A stretch of 64,000 nt of DNA from Minisyncoccota bacterium (GCA_031291875.1 JARLIE010000183.1:65356-129355), one strand, 5' to 3'. Positions 18,964 through 28,572 are shown, counted from the first letter of the stretch. The notes: generated by a model from the letters alone, not told the origin. A program made the numbers and translations.

Positions 18964-19776
18964 ATGCACGAGTCGATGAATACCAAGGGCAACATGCCCC
19001 CACGCATCGACGAACAGGCCGATTATTTCACTCGCTTGGGTGTGGCTCGCGGAGCATCGCGCAAAGAGATTGAAACCGCCTTTCGAAACCTATCAAAGGA
19101 ATTTCACCCGGATGCCGGGGGTGACGAGGAAAAAATGAAACTCATCAGCGAGGCATGGTCCGGGCTTAAGGACGATGCCAAACGTGCTGCATACGCAAGA
19201 GAACTGGACGGAATCGAGGCTACAGCCCGATCCTCACAAGAAAGTGCCTATGCTGATGTCAAAGGAATGCGCGAACAATTCGGTAGCCCTCGCGAAGAAG
19301 CGACGGAGGCCGTGAATGCGACGGATGAACAACCAGATGCAGCTCCAGAAAAGCTGGACGAAGAGAGCATGCAGGACAAACTCGATGAATTCGCTCGCGG
19401 GCGCGGATACAAAGATTTTGAAAGTTATATCCGCTCAGACGAAGCGCCACGAGAAACTTCTTCGTCGCGCGAGAACATGACTACCCGAGAACATCTCGAT
19501 CACGAGTACGAAAAGGTTCGAGATTCGATGGATCGCCTGGGCATGCAGGCCAAAATCACCTGTTTTGCGATTTTATATAACACCTTCATCTTGCCCTTTA
19601 AACCTATTGAACACGGCAAGGGAAAAGAAAAAAAGAAAGTATTCGATCCGGCGACGCAGGTGCTTGCGGGCGCTATTGATTCCACGTACGCCGTCGGCCT
19701 CTTAGCGATGCGGGTCCTTATGACAGCCGGCCGCATTACCCTCTTTGGTATTTCAAGACTTAAAACACAACAGTAA
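18964..19776 (+). CDS. J-domain (DnaJ-like) protein with C-terminal membrane segment
   Basis: DYFTRLGVARGASRKEIETAFRNLSKEFHPDAGGD has the HPD tripeptide in J-domain context. An acidic linker follows, and a hydrophobic helix AILYNTFILPF sits near the C-terminus. Confidence 0.7.
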   Translation: MHESMNTKGNMPPRIDEQADYFTRLGVARGASRKEIETAFRNLSKEFHPDAGGDEEKMKLISEAWSGLKDDAKRAAYARELDGIEATARSSQESAYADVKGMREQFGSPREEATEAVNATDEQPDAAPEKLDEESMQDKLDEFARGRGYKDFESYIRSDEAPRETSSSRENMTTREHLDHEYEKVRDSMDRLGMQAKITCFAILYNTFILPFKPIEHGKGKEKKKVFDPATQVLAGAIDSTYAVGLLAMRVLMTAGRITLFGISRLKTQQ

Positions 19777-19777
19777 T

Positions 19778-20032
19778 ATGACCGACGAACAGCACGACCT
19801 CGATGCACAAGATGCAGAAGCAATCCTCGCCCGCAAAGAGGATTTTCTCCGGGTAAATTCGCAAATCGACGAGGCTATCCAAGACGGGCAACGCAAGCTC
19901 GCCGCGCTTCGAGAATATTTTGCGACGACCGGCGAATCCCCCGAGGCGTTCGCAAGCAGTGCCAAAAAGATTCAAGCAGAAATCGCACAGCGTCTGCAGG
20001 CGATCGAGACGCAGGCTACCAAGCTGCGCTAA
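19778..20032 (+). CDS. Small coiled-coil hypothetical protein (84 aa)
   Basis: MTDEQHDLDAQDAEAILARKEDFLRVNSQIDEAIQDGQRKLAALREYF...; charged, helical, no recognisable motifs. Confidence 0.35.
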   Translation: MTDEQHDLDAQDAEAILARKEDFLRVNSQIDEAIQDGQRKLAALREYFATTGESPEAFASSAKKIQAEIAQRLQAIETQATKLR

Positions 20033-20037
20033 AGTGG

Positions 20038-20110
20038 AGGCCACAGTGGGAGTTGCACCCACCCAATAGCGGTTTTGCAGACCGCCGCGTTGCTACTTCG
20101 CCATGTGGCC
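20038..20110 (-). tRNA. tRNA-Cys (anticodon GCA)
   Basis: Reverse complement ggccacatggcgaagtagcaacgcggcggtctGCAaaaccgc...gtgggtgcaactcccactgtggcct; the acceptor pairs perfectly. Confidence 0.75.
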
Positions 20111-20153
20111 GACGGTGTTAATGTAGCATGAATTAACGTAATATATCGATACC

Positions 20154-20238
20154 GCCGGGATGATGGAATGGTAGACATAGGGGACTTAAAATCCCCAGAC
20201 CGTAACAGGTCGTGAGAGTTCGAGTCTCTCTCCCGGCA
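20154..20238 (+). tRNA. tRNA-Leu (anticodon TAA), class II
   Basis: gccgggatgatggaatggtagacataggggacTTAAaatcccc + variable arm gaccgtaacaggtc + gagagttcgagtctctc + tcccggca. Confidence 0.8.
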
Positions 20239-20274
20239 AAAAAGATGCGACCCGAATGGGTCGCATCATGGAGA

Positions 20275-20910
20275 TCACACCACAGGCTGAAGAGGACGCG
20301 GCTGTTCGATCAGGGCTCCGTACTTCGGCAGAAATACGGTCTGCTGGAACGCCTCGAAACGAGCGAGATATTCCCCGCTCTCCTCGTACTTGATCACGAG
20401 AATGGGCAGGTTGAGCATCTTGCGCGTGTGGTTAAGGAAGAGCCGTGCCGTGCGGCTATTCATCTCCCAGAACGGGCTGATGCACAGCAGCATATCGTGC
20501 GCATACTGCGCGAGGGCGGCTCGCTCGGCTTCCGGATTGGCTTTCAGTCGTTCGACGCCACTTTTGATTTCAGCGTCGAGTTCGGCAACTAGCTGACGAA
20601 CGTGCGAACCGTGTGGAATCTTTTTGGCTGCCGCGTCTCGCCCGGTGCGGAACCAATTATTGCGCCTGCCGGTTAGGTCTGAATTGATGAGACCGACCGG
20701 ATTGAGTTGATGCGCATCGAGTAGCAGGATCTCCGCGATTTCGAGGTGACGTTTGATTTCCATGCTTTCCCAAACGCTGGGGTCGCTGAATTCGACGCTG
20801 GAAATCCGTGCACTATGCTCGACAAACTCTCGCACGGTATCCAAATCCTTCTTGCGCTGCTCGCGCAGTGCCGTCCTTTGCGCCTCAGTGAGATGCTTTG
20901 GCTGGAACAT
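20275..20910 (-). CDS. Hypothetical protein with a degenerate Fic/Doc-like motif (SPFWEMNSRTARLF)
   Basis: 211 aa and helical. The motif resembles HPFx(D/E)GNGRxxR but lacks the catalytic His and the Gly residues, so it is probably not an active AMPylase. Confidence 0.4.
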   Translation of the reverse strand: MFQPKHLTEAQRTALREQRKKDLDTVREFVEHSARISSVEFSDPSVWESMEIKRHLEIAEILLLDAHQLNPVGLINSDLTGRRNNWFRTGRDAAAKKIPHGSHVRQLVAELDAEIKSGVERLKANPEAERAALAQYAHDMLLCISPFWEMNSRTARLFLNHTRKMLNLPILVIKYEESGEYLARFEAFQQTVFLPKYGALIEQPRPLQPVV

Positions 20911-21023
20911 ATGCCGCTCCGTTGGTGGTTGTCCGCGGTGATAGTAGCAACTTGTCCGACATTTTCAAATCGCGAAAGTATTGTAGAATGCCGAGGTTCA
21001 TCGTATCGACACGACTGGACGTG

Positions 21024-21096
21024 ACCGCCCATAGCTCAGCTGGTAGAGCAGTCGCCTCTTAAGCGAACGGTCGTAGGTTCGAATCCTACTGGGCGG
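21024..21096 (+). tRNA. tRNA-Lys (anticodon CTT)
   Basis: ccgcccatagctcagctggtagagcagtcgcctCTTaagcgaacggtcgtaggttcgaatcctactgggcgga; acceptor 7/7 pairs. Confidence 0.75.
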
Positions 21097-21110
21097 ACGA
21101 GTGAGTGAAA

Positions 21111-21147
21111 TACAAATGCAGGCCTCAGTGCCTGCTTTTGTATTTCC
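21111..21147 (+). terminator. Rho-independent terminator after tRNA-Lys
   Basis: aatacaaatgcaggcctcagtgcctgcttttgtattt. Confidence 0.5.
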
Positions 21148-21325
21148 GAGTGAGGAGACCCAGAACGAAGTAATGATAGAGCGGATGGGGGCATACCACC
21201 ACCGGCAACATTCTAAAAGTAGACATATCCCAAAACCATAGTCTGTCGCAACAGTATGCCTATAGTTACCCCGGCAGCATAGGTAACTTCAGCGGCCCTT
21301 CACCATTTTTCCTTACACTGCGCCG

Positions 21326-21499
21326 ATGAACGCCTATATAACGTACGGAGACAATCTTGATGAGCTGGTCCGCCAGCTTCGCGAAGAACTCTTTCACGAA
21401 GACGCTCAGGGCCTTAGTCGCTCACCCAAACCGCGTCCACGACGCAATCCGCTCGCACGAGAAGAAGCGATCGAAGAAGACTGCAGCAACTCCGATTAA
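21326..21499 (+). CDS. Possible small acidic protein (57 aa); not in the ORF track
   Basis: MNAYITYGDNLDELVRQLREELFHEDAQGLSRSPKPRPRRNPLAREEAIEEDCSNSD sits in an otherwise unassigned ~440-nt gap between tRNA-Lys and tRNA-Leu. Its codon usage is host-like. Confidence 0.25.
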   Translation: MNAYITYGDNLDELVRQLREELFHEDAQGLSRSPKPRPRRNPLAREEAIEEDCSNSD

Positions 21500-21579
21500 C
21501 GCTGCGATACCCTATTCACCAACGCGCCTCTTGCGAGAGACTATTTTCTATGCGATACAGCGGTACAATAGGAAACGCC

Positions 21580-21661
21580 GCTGGGGTGGCGAAATTGGTA
21601 GACGCACTAGGCTTAGGACCTAGCTCCGCAAGGAATGAGAGTTCGAGTCTCTCCCCCAGCA
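21580..21661 (+). tRNA. tRNA-Leu (anticodon TAG), class II
   Basis: gctggggtggcgaaattggtagacgcactaggctTAGgacctag + variable arm + gagagttcgagtctctc + ccccagca. Confidence 0.8.
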
Positions 21662-21702
21662 CAAAAATAAGGAGACCGACGCATGTCGTCGGACGACTAT
21701 AT

Positions 21703-21822
21703 TTTTGTAACTGCGGGGAGAGGCTCGAAAGCCGGAGCCGGGGGTCCCCGCAAGCTTGCGGGGCGGCGAGGCGGGGTCGCGGAAATTTCAGAGCGACGGC
21801 GACGAAATTATCCGTGACCGAG
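21703..21822 (+). ncRNA. Unclassified conserved structured element, copy B (paralog of 12021-12137)
   Basis: Starts 41 nt after tRNA-Leu(TAG) behind a hairpin. The core ccgggggtccccgcaagcttgcggggcggcgaggcggggtcgcggaa...tatccgtgaccga is conserved, with compensatory substitutions relative to copy A. Confidence 0.5.
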
Positions 21823-21838
21823 TCTGTCTATCAAAAAA

Positions 21839-22174
21839 TTACTGCCCACTCTGAAAGAAGGTCACGCCAGGATTGACGTTAACACTCGTATTGGGATTGT
21901 AGTTGCCCGTGCCACTCGAATTCACGTTCACCCCGAAATTGAATGTGTTGTTGATCAGCGCGATGATACCGACCACCGAAAACATAATGACCATGCCGAC
22001 TACTCCCCAAATCATGTGCTGCTTACCCTCATCGGTGTGTCCGCCCTGGTTGAGCGCGAGCAAGAATTGTACAAGCCCCCAGATGAAGTAAAAGAATCCG
22101 AGCGCAGCGAGAATGAGGAGCGCAGGGTCGATGACGTAGGTAGTAAATCGTCCGACGACGTCTCCGACCGACAT
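21839..22174 (-). CDS. VirB2/TrbC-like small membrane protein (array member 1 of 5)
   Basis: 111 aa with two TM helices (LLILAALGFFYFIWGLVQFLL and WGVVGMVIMFSVVGIIALI) and a G/N/S/T-rich C-terminal tail. Confidence 0.5.
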   Translation of the reverse strand: MSVGDVVGRFTTYVIDPALLILAALGFFYFIWGLVQFLLALNQGGHTDEGKQHMIWGVVGMVIMFSVVGIIALINNTFNFGVNVNSSGTGNYNPNTSVNVNPGVTFFQSGQ

Positions 22175-22192
22175 AGGCTATTTCGCCGGGCT

Positions 22193-22552
22193 TTAGTAGC
22201 CCGTGTTGATCTGGATACCTTGCGGAATGACCGGCGTGGTCGAAGTGACCTGGAACGTCGACTGCAAGAGGCGGACTAATCCCCAGATCGAAACCATTAC
22301 GAAGATCGTGATAACACCGTAGAGCATCACCTTGAGACCGTCGGCTTTGCCTTCGGTTGCCCCAGTAAAGAGGTATTTGATGAGACCGTAGAAAAACGCG
22401 ATGATCGCGAGCGTGACCATGAGGCCGATCGCCGCGTTGAGGAGTGTGTTGAAGAAGCCGAGCGTATTGAGAAGCGACTGAGCGGATGCAAGCGCCGGGA
22501 GGGCGATGACAGCAAAACCCAGAACTGTAGTACCGATAACGCGTGCACGCAT
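22193..22552 (-). CDS. VirB2/TrbC-like small membrane protein (array member 2)
   Basis: Signal peptide MRARVIGTTVLGFAVIALPALASA followed by two TM helices; same architecture as its neighbours. Confidence 0.5.
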   Translation of the reverse strand: MRARVIGTTVLGFAVIALPALASAQSLLNTLGFFNTLLNAAIGLMVTLAIIAFFYGLIKYLFTGATEGKADGLKVMLYGVITIFVMVSIWGLVRLLQSTFQVTSTTPVIPQGIQINTGY

Positions 22553-22681
22553 AGGAATAGTATTTATGTGATTCGGATTAAGTACTCTCATCGTACCGTG
22601 CATACGGGAAGGTACCTAGCGGACCTGTGGATAGCTCAGTACCGTAAAACCGACAGTTGCTGTTTTACGGTACTCGCCTTT

Positions 22682-23116
22682 TTAGTGGTCCTCCTTTTTT
22701 TCCTCGCCTCCCCCGCTAAACGCACCCGAGGTAATGACCAGCCACGCGAAGAGACCAATTAGTCCGACACTCAAAATGTACAAAGTCTGGCTCAAGTGCG
22801 TTTGTATGAACTCCACGACGCCAAGCACGAGGACCAGCGTAAAAAGCGTAGCCACTGCATATTCCATACGATGGATCGCGACGTCACGAGGACTATTATC
22901 GGTACCGAGCCTGACCACCCACATCATGAGCCCGGCCCCCATCTGCAAAAAAGCGGCGACAAGCGCCAAGCCGACAACCACATAAAAAAGTCCCGCGATC
23001 TGTGCTATCAAATCGGTTTCCGTCGATGCGAATGCAAGCGAAGGACTAAGCGCAAGAATCATCGCAGACACTGCAAGCTTTGCGAGTCTGAATTTTGAGC
23101 GCGCAGTCATACTCAT
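22682..23116 (-). CDS. VirB2/TrbC-like small membrane protein (array member 3; longer, 3-4 TM)
   Basis: Signal peptide ...AMILALSPSLAFAS followed by hydrophobic helices and an acidic C-terminal tail. Confidence 0.45.
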   Translation of the reverse strand: MSMTARSKFRLAKLAVSAMILALSPSLAFASTETDLIAQIAGLFYVVVGLALVAAFLQMGAGLMMWVVRLGTDNSPRDVAIHRMEYAVATLFTLVLVLGVVEFIQTHLSQTLYILSVGLIGLFAWLVITSGAFSGGGEEKKEDH

Positions 23117-23493
23117 TGGCCGAATTTGCAGTTAAGCCCGGTGCAGGTTTGCGCCGAGGTGCCGCTCGTCGTAGTCCCAATATTCGATCCGAAGAAGCTG
23201 TTCTGCACGAGCTGTACGATGCCCCAGATGGAAACGGCGAAGAATATAACGATAATGCCCCAAAAAAGCTGCTCTTTGAGCCGCTCTCGTCCCTCTTGCC
23301 CCTGCTTGAAAAGACTGCTGGAGATTCCCCAAAAATAAATGACGATGGCGAGCACAATAAGATCGGTCGTCGCGCTCCCCAAAAGCTGCACGATCTGATT
23401 CGCGAGCTGCCCGAATGTCTGGGGTGTAGCGGCGGACGCGAGCCCGGGCATGAGCGTCGCGCCGAGAGCAATGATGAGAATTTTTTTGGTCAT
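23113..23493 (-). CDS. VirB2/TrbC-like small membrane protein (array member 4)
   Basis: MTKKILIIALGATLMPGLASAATPQ signal, two TMs, a Cys-pair tail QTCTGLNC. ATGA overlap with member 5. Confidence 0.5.
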   Translation of the reverse strand: MTKKILIIALGATLMPGLASAATPQTFGQLANQIVQLLGSATTDLIVLAIVIYFWGISSSLFKQGQEGRERLKEQLFWGIIVIFFAVSIWGIVQLVQNSFFGSNIGTTTSGTSAQTCTGLNCKFGQ

Positions 23494-23849
23494 GAGCCTC
23501 CGAGCACTTGATTGGCGGTCGACGCAATGAGCGTTGCGAGTACCCAAGCGCCGAGAATCAAAATTGCTCCCAGGATCACGTACATAAAATTCTGTTTTGC
23601 CTTTCCGAGTTTCTCTTCGTTGCCTCGCGCGAAGACGAACAGGAATCCGGAGTACACGATAAAAAGTGTCAGGATCGGAAGCGAAATTTGCACTACTGCT
23701 TTCAAGAAATCTGCGATGAAGGTCTGCAAATCCGGCACCTTTGCCGGGTTACTGAGCGTCTGGTCGGCAAACGCGACGAGCGGCGAAAGCGCGACGAAAG
23801 CGGCCCCTGCCGTAAAAACGCTTCGAAGTTTGGCGATACTGCGGTTCAT
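23490..23849 (-). CDS. VirB2/TrbC-like small membrane protein (array member 5)
   Basis: MNRSIAKLRSVFTAGAAFVALSPLVAFA signal, then two TM helices. Confidence 0.5.
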   Translation of the reverse strand: MNRSIAKLRSVFTAGAAFVALSPLVAFADQTLSNPAKVPDLQTFIADFLKAVVQISLPILTLFIVYSGFLFVFARGNEEKLGKAKQNFMYVILGAILILGAWVLATLIASTANQVLGGS

Positions 23850-25162
23850 TGCGGTTGGTCTGCGGTGAGTAAGTTACCGATTTGCTGATTCGCACGGCCG
23901 ATTGCGTCTTGCGCTTTCATGGCTCCGCTATCAGTATCATCAATCATAGCTTGAAAAATTGGTCCTGTCTGGGTCGGATCCGGGTCTGCCCAGGTTCTCG
24001 TGATGAGCGACATCTGGTTAATGAGCCGCGTATTTGCCACGGTAGAAGTGCTGGCGGCGATGACGTCCCGACGAGCCGGCGCGTAGCCGAGCGATTGCGC
24101 GAGCGCTTGATCGACGGGAGCTGACGCGAGCAGGTACGCGACTGTAAGCGCGCTTTGGAGATTTGGGTCGTTCTTCGTGACAGCAATCGCATACACGGTA
24201 CCCGCGTCGATCGCGTTCGAGGAACTTCGCACCTGCGGTATGGGAGAAACTGCAAAATTCAAGTTGGGATTGGCGGCAATGATTTGCGGCTGCTCTCCGG
24301 CATACCCTACGTACATAGCCAAGTTGCCTGCGGAAAATGCCTGACTCGCCTCAGGCTGTGCATTATTCCAGCTGTAGTCGGATTGCGAGGGGTTGGCAAA
24401 TTCGGTGTAAAACTCAAGCGCTGTTTGCGCAGCGAGCGAGGCACCGCCTCCTGCTGCGAGCGCGGGCGCATATTGCCCCGCCGAATTTTGGGTGACGATC
24501 TTACCGCCCGCTTGTTGAATCAACATCGAAACAATATCTTTCGCTCCCGAAATATTTTGGTAGGTACCAAGCGCGATTGCAGCAGATTGGATGTTTCCGG
24601 AAGAGTCTCGCTTCACGAGCTGCCCTGCCATGCCCGGCAATTGATCCCAAAACTGTGGCGGTTGCGCAACGCCCGCTGTCGCCAGCATGTCCCTATTCCA
24701 ATACAAAACGAGCGGATCGACGAGAACCGGGAGTCCGAGAATACCGTTTGCGGTCATATAAGTATCGCCTGCGTCGACGAAGGTATTTTGGAATTGCGAC
24801 TGCGAGAGCGAACTGTACGGGAACTGGTAGACCTTATTGGCGTCATAGAGCGCCTCATCACTGCGAAGCAGGAAGAGATCGGGACCCTTGCCGCTAGCGA
24901 GCGCGTTCGCCAGATCTTGCTCGAACGTTCCTGGATTTTTTTGCACATAGGTAACCTGCGAGAGGCGCGAATCTTGTTCGGCCGCCGCGCGAATCACTTC
25001 CTTGACCGTCCCGGCGTCGAACGTTCCCCAAATCGTAACCGGCGAGAGTCCGCCGTTGCCACCTCCGGCAGTCGCGAGCGCGAACACCAAAATACCGGCA
25101 ACGCCGATCGCGCCGAATACGGCGAGGAGCACGAGTTGAAATGAGGAAATTCCTTTGCTCAT
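23846..25162 (-). CDS. Extracellular solute-binding protein (ABC-type, family-1-like), orphan
   Basis: N-terminal TM/signal anchor, then ~400 aa with the alternating pattern of a periplasmic sugar/solute-binding fold (..LPVLVDPLVLYWNRDML..). No permease or ATPase gene is adjacent. Confidence 0.6.
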   Translation of the reverse strand: MSKGISSFQLVLLAVFGAIGVAGILVFALATAGGGNGGLSPVTIWGTFDAGTVKEVIRAAAEQDSRLSQVTYVQKNPGTFEQDLANALASGKGPDLFLLRSDEALYDANKVYQFPYSSLSQSQFQNTFVDAGDTYMTANGILGLPVLVDPLVLYWNRDMLATAGVAQPPQFWDQLPGMAGQLVKRDSSGNIQSAAIALGTYQNISGAKDIVSMLIQQAGGKIVTQNSAGQYAPALAAGGGASLAAQTALEFYTEFANPSQSDYSWNNAQPEASQAFSAGNLAMYVGYAGEQPQIIAANPNLNFAVSPIPQVRSSSNAIDAGTVYAIAVTKNDPNLQSALTVAYLLASAPVDQALAQSLGYAPARRDVIAASTSTVANTRLINQMSLITRTWADPDPTQTGPIFQAMIDDTDSGAMKAQDAIGRANQQIGNLLTADQPQ

Positions 25163-25746
25163 ACGATTGGTGTGCCGAGATCGGGGCGAGCGATCAAGCC
25201 CCAATGATGAGCCCCGGCATTGAATTCGCGAACGATCTCAAATCCGGCCTCGCGGATGAGGGCATCACCCGCGGCTTTTGCTACAACCTGCTTCTTATGA
25301 GGACCCATCATGCCAAAAGAGTCGGCCCAGTCGATCGCAACGAGGCTGCCGGACGGTTTCAAAATCCGTTTCGCTTCACGCAAAACGACAGCGGTATCTT
25401 CGAGTTGGAACAAAAGATTGGAAATAAGCACGAGGTCGATTGTTCCACCAGCAAGCTTGGAGGCCTTCGGTTTTTCCAAGTCGCTCCAAATAATTTTTAC
25501 ATTCTTCAAGCCGCGCTTCGCGGATTCGTTGTGAATGCGTTTGAGGAGCTCTCGCTGCACGTCGATCGCATACAACTTGCCTCCTTCTCCAATAGCCTCA
25601 GCAATGGGCCATACGTAATGGCCCGAACCCGCGCCGAAATCGGCGACTTGCATGCCCGGCTGTAGTTCGAAATGCAAACTATTGCGCACGGGATGCGCGA
25701 AACCTTCGGTGTTGAGCGGGACATGCGAACGCGCCGGGTGCTGCAT
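25159..25746 (-). CDS. Class I SAM-dependent methyltransferase
   Basis: Motif I VADFGAGSGHY, the acidic post-I residue (AIDVQ) and motif II LVLISNLLFQL. Confidence 0.75.
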   Translation of the reverse strand: MQHPARSHVPLNTEGFAHPVRNSLHFELQPGMQVADFGAGSGHYVWPIAEAIGEGGKLYAIDVQRELLKRIHNESAKRGLKNVKIIWSDLEKPKASKLAGGTIDLVLISNLLFQLEDTAVVLREAKRILKPSGSLVAIDWADSFGMMGPHKKQVVAKAAGDALIREAGFEIVREFNAGAHHWGLIARPDLGTPIV

Positions 25747-25833
25747 CGGTATAAGTATATCGCAAGCGGCGGCCCTTTTGGGCCGCCGCAATTCCCCACT
25801 TGTGGGCAGCGAATGCTGCAGTCGTATGCGGAA

Positions 25834-26013
25834 CTATGAGTAAAAAATATCTGCCCAGGTAATGATGCCGAGCAGGAGTATCGTGATTGAGAGCAGTACA
25901 GCTACAACCGAGAGTGTCAGTTGCCGCTGACGATGAGGAGGAAGTTTGCTTTCGAACATCGTCGCGCCATCGAGCAGCAAATCTGCGACGAATGTCGAAA
26001 CGTTTTCCCACAT
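25834..26013 (-). CDS. Possible small membrane protein (58 aa) 1 nt downstream of gyrA; not in the ORF track in this frame
   Basis: MWENVSTFVADLLLDGATMFESKLPPHRQRQLTLSVVAVLLSITILLLGIITWADIFYS has a single TM helix; its start codon is 1 nt after the gyrA stop. Confidence 0.25.
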   Translation of the reverse strand: MWENVSTFVADLLLDGATMFESKLPPHRQRQLTLSVVAVLLSITILLLGIITWADIFYS

Positions 26014-26014
26014 A

Positions 26015-28510
26015 TCATTCTACGATTTCCGGTTCGACGATTACAACAAAGGATGCCACCGAGTCCCCTTCTCGCAATTTCATGACACGAACGCCCTGCG
26101 TCGCGCGGCCGGATGATCGAATCTCGTCCAAGCCGGTGCGGATCGTCTGAGATTTTTTCGACATCGCGACGAGTTCGCCATTGCCTTGCACAACGGCCGC
26201 GCCCACGAGCTGCTTGGTCTTCGAGGTGATCGACATCGTCTTGATGCCCGAACCGCCGCGGCCCTGCTGTTTGTATTCGCTCAGCGGTGTCTTTTTGCCG
26301 AAGCCGGTCGAGGAGAGAACGAGGAGTTCGGCGTCTTTGGCTGCCTTGGGAATAACGCCGGCGCCGACGATAACGTCGCCGCTGCCGAGTTTCATGCCTC
26401 GCACGCCCGCGGCCTGGCGGCCCATTTCGCGCACGGAATCAGAGAGGAATCGAATCGACTGACCCTTGGAAGTCGTCATGATGACGTCGTCACCCTTGCG
26501 CACGAATTGCGCAGCGATCAACGAATCGCCCTTGTCGAGGCCGATCGCAATCAAACCGGAACGACGAACCTCGTGGAAGTTGCTCGCTGCGACGCGCTTT
26601 ACCGTGCCGTCTTTGGTTGCCATGAACAACGACAAATCTTCAACATCCTTCTTACTTTTGGGCATCGAAAGGATCGACGTGATCTGCTCGCCTTGTTCGA
26701 GAGAGATAAAGTTCATGATCGACTTGCCCTTCGTCGCACGGCGTCCTTCCGGCAATTCGTACATCTTGAGTTGATAGACCTTTCCGCGATCGGAGAAGAA
26801 CAGGAGATCTGCGTGTGCGTTCGCGGTCAAGAATTGTGTGACGAAATCTTCTTCTTTCGTATCGAGATCGACGACGCCGACGCCTCCGCGCTTCTGGCGG
26901 CGGTACTCGCTCGGGTTGGTGCGCTTGATATAGCCGCCTTGCGTAAGCACGAGTACGAATTCGTCGTCCGCGACAAGGTCTTCCGCGTTTAAAATCGTCG
27001 CGCCCTTCTTGACGATCTTGGTGCGGCGCTCGTCGCCGAACTTTTCGGCTACCTCCCTGATTTCCTTCTTGATGAGATCCATGAGCTTCTTTGGGCTCTT
27101 GAGGAGCGCTTCAAGCTCTTCGATCAACGCCTGCACTTCCTTCAATTCATCTTCGATCTTCTTGCGTTCGAGGCCGGAGAGGCGCTGGAGACGCATTTCG
27201 AGAATCGCATTGGCCTGGATTTCTGAGAATTTGAACTTCTGTATCAACTTGGCTCGCGCGTCGTCGGTGTCTTTCGATTTTTTGATGAGCTCGATAATCT
27301 CGTCGATGTGATCGAGCGCTTTCGAGAGACCGAGCAAGATGTGCTCTCGTGCTTTGGCTTTCGCGAGATCGAATTGCGTGCGCTTTGTGACGACAACTTT
27401 GCGGAACTCAACGAAATATTCAAGGAGCGCCTTTAGCGAGAGCGTCTGCGGCACGCCGTCGACGAGCGCGACGACGTTGTAGTGGAAAGCCTCCTCAAGC
27501 TGGGTGTGTTTGTAGAGATAATTGAGAACCGTCTGGGGGTTCGCATTGTTCTTGAGCTCGATTACGACGCGAATATCCTTCGCCGATTCGTCACGGATGT
27601 CGCGGATGCCTTCAAGCTTCTTTTCGTGGACGAGGTCCGCGATCTTGGTAAGGAGGTCCGACTTGTTTACTCGAAACGGAATGGACGTGACGATGATCTG
27701 GTAATCGCCCTTTTTCCCTTCGGTTATTTCGGCATTCCCTCGCACAACGACAGGCCCGCGGCCGGTCGCGTAGGCGTGCGCGATGTCTTTCTGATTGAAC
27801 GCGATGCAGCCCGTCGGGAAATCCGGTCCTTGCACGAATTGCAGCAAATCTTCGGTCGTCGCCTCGGGATTATCAATCAAGTGGATCGCGGCATCGGTGA
27901 CTTCGCGCAAGTTGTGCGGCGGGATGTTGGTCGCCATACCGACCGCGATGCCAAGCGTGCCGTTTAAGAGTAAGTTTGGGATCGCTGCGGGCAAAACACT
28001 CGGTTCTTTTCGGGTGTTGTCGTAGTTGGGAGCAAACGGCACCGTTTCTTTTTCGATGTCGCGAAGCATTTCCCCCGCGAGTCGGCTCATCTTCGCTTCG
28101 GTGTAGCGGTACGCTGCTGCGCCGTCGCCGTCGATCGAACCGAAGTTGCCCTGGCCGATAATGAGCGGGTAGCGCATCGTGAAATCTTGCGCCATTTTGA
28201 CCATCGCGTCGTAGACGGATGCATCGCCGTGCGGGTGGTATTTGCCGAGCACATCGCCGACCACCGTCGCGGACTTTTTCGTCTTTGAGGTGACGTTCAT
28301 ACCAGCCTCATGCATGGCATAGAGAATGCGGCGGTGTACCGGCTTCAAGCCGTCGCGTACGTCCGGCAAAGCGCGAGCCGTGATAACGGACATCGCGTAA
28401 TCGAGATACGATTCTCGCATTTCGGTCGAGATCGAGCGCGAAACAACGTTCACGTGAGGGGTGACAGGGGCTGAATTGTCCTTGTTTTTATCCTCTTTTC
28501 CGCGAGCCAT
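26015..28510 (-). CDS. gyrA: DNA gyrase subunit A
   Basis: 831 aa with the active-site region [11 protein letters not shown]-like ([14 protein letters not shown]), the QRDR, and C-terminal beta-pinwheel repeats. Confidence 0.9.
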   Translation of the reverse strand: MARGKEDKNKDNSAPVTPHVNVVSRSISTEMRESYLDYAMSVITARALPDVRDGLKPVHRRILYAMHEAGMNVTSKTKKSATVVGDVLGKYHPHGDASVYDAMVKMAQDFTMRYPLIIGQGNFGSIDGDGAAAYRYTEAKMSRLAGEMLRDIEKETVPFAPNYDNTRKEPSVLPAAIPNLLLNGTLGIAVGMATNIPPHNLREVTDAAIHLIDNPEATTEDLLQFVQGPDFPTGCIAFNQKDIAHAYATGRGPVVVRGNAEITEGKKGDYQIIVTSIPFRVNKSDLLTKIADLVHEKKLEGIRDIRDESAKDIRVVIELKNNANPQTVLNYLYKHTQLEEAFHYNVVALVDGVPQTLSLKALLEYFVEFRKVVVTKRTQFDLAKAKAREHILLGLSKALDHIDEIIELIKKSKDTDDARAKLIQKFKFSEIQANAILEMRLQRLSGLERKKIEDELKEVQALIEELEALLKSPKKLMDLIKKEIREVAEKFGDERRTKIVKKGATILNAEDLVADDEFVLVLTQGGYIKRTNPSEYRRQKRGGVGVVDLDTKEEDFVTQFLTANAHADLLFFSDRGKVYQLKMYELPEGRRATKGKSIMNFISLEQGEQITSILSMPKSKKDVEDLSLFMATKDGTVKRVAASNFHEVRRSGLIAIGLDKGDSLIAAQFVRKGDDVIMTTSKGQSIRFLSDSVREMGRQAAGVRGMKLGSGDVIVGAGVIPKAAKDAELLVLSSTGFGKKTPLSEYKQQGRGGSGIKTMSITSKTKQLVGAAVVQGNGELVAMSKKSQTIRTGLDEIRSSGRATQGVRVMKLREGDSVASFVVIVEPEIVE

Positions 28511-28572
28511 AGTCGAAGAAGTATATCAAAAATCGCTTCGGAATCCAGCGCTCTTGTCTGCAAATTCCAAAT

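Noticed and set aside
21550-21876. 108-aa plus-strand ORF
   Set aside because: It spans tRNA-Leu(TAG) and element B (translation shows SSSLSPST tRNA-like strings).
26181-28161. Plus-strand ORFs inside gyrA (e.g. 26186-26992, 27482-27967)
   Set aside because: They are antisense shadow ORFs of gyrA.
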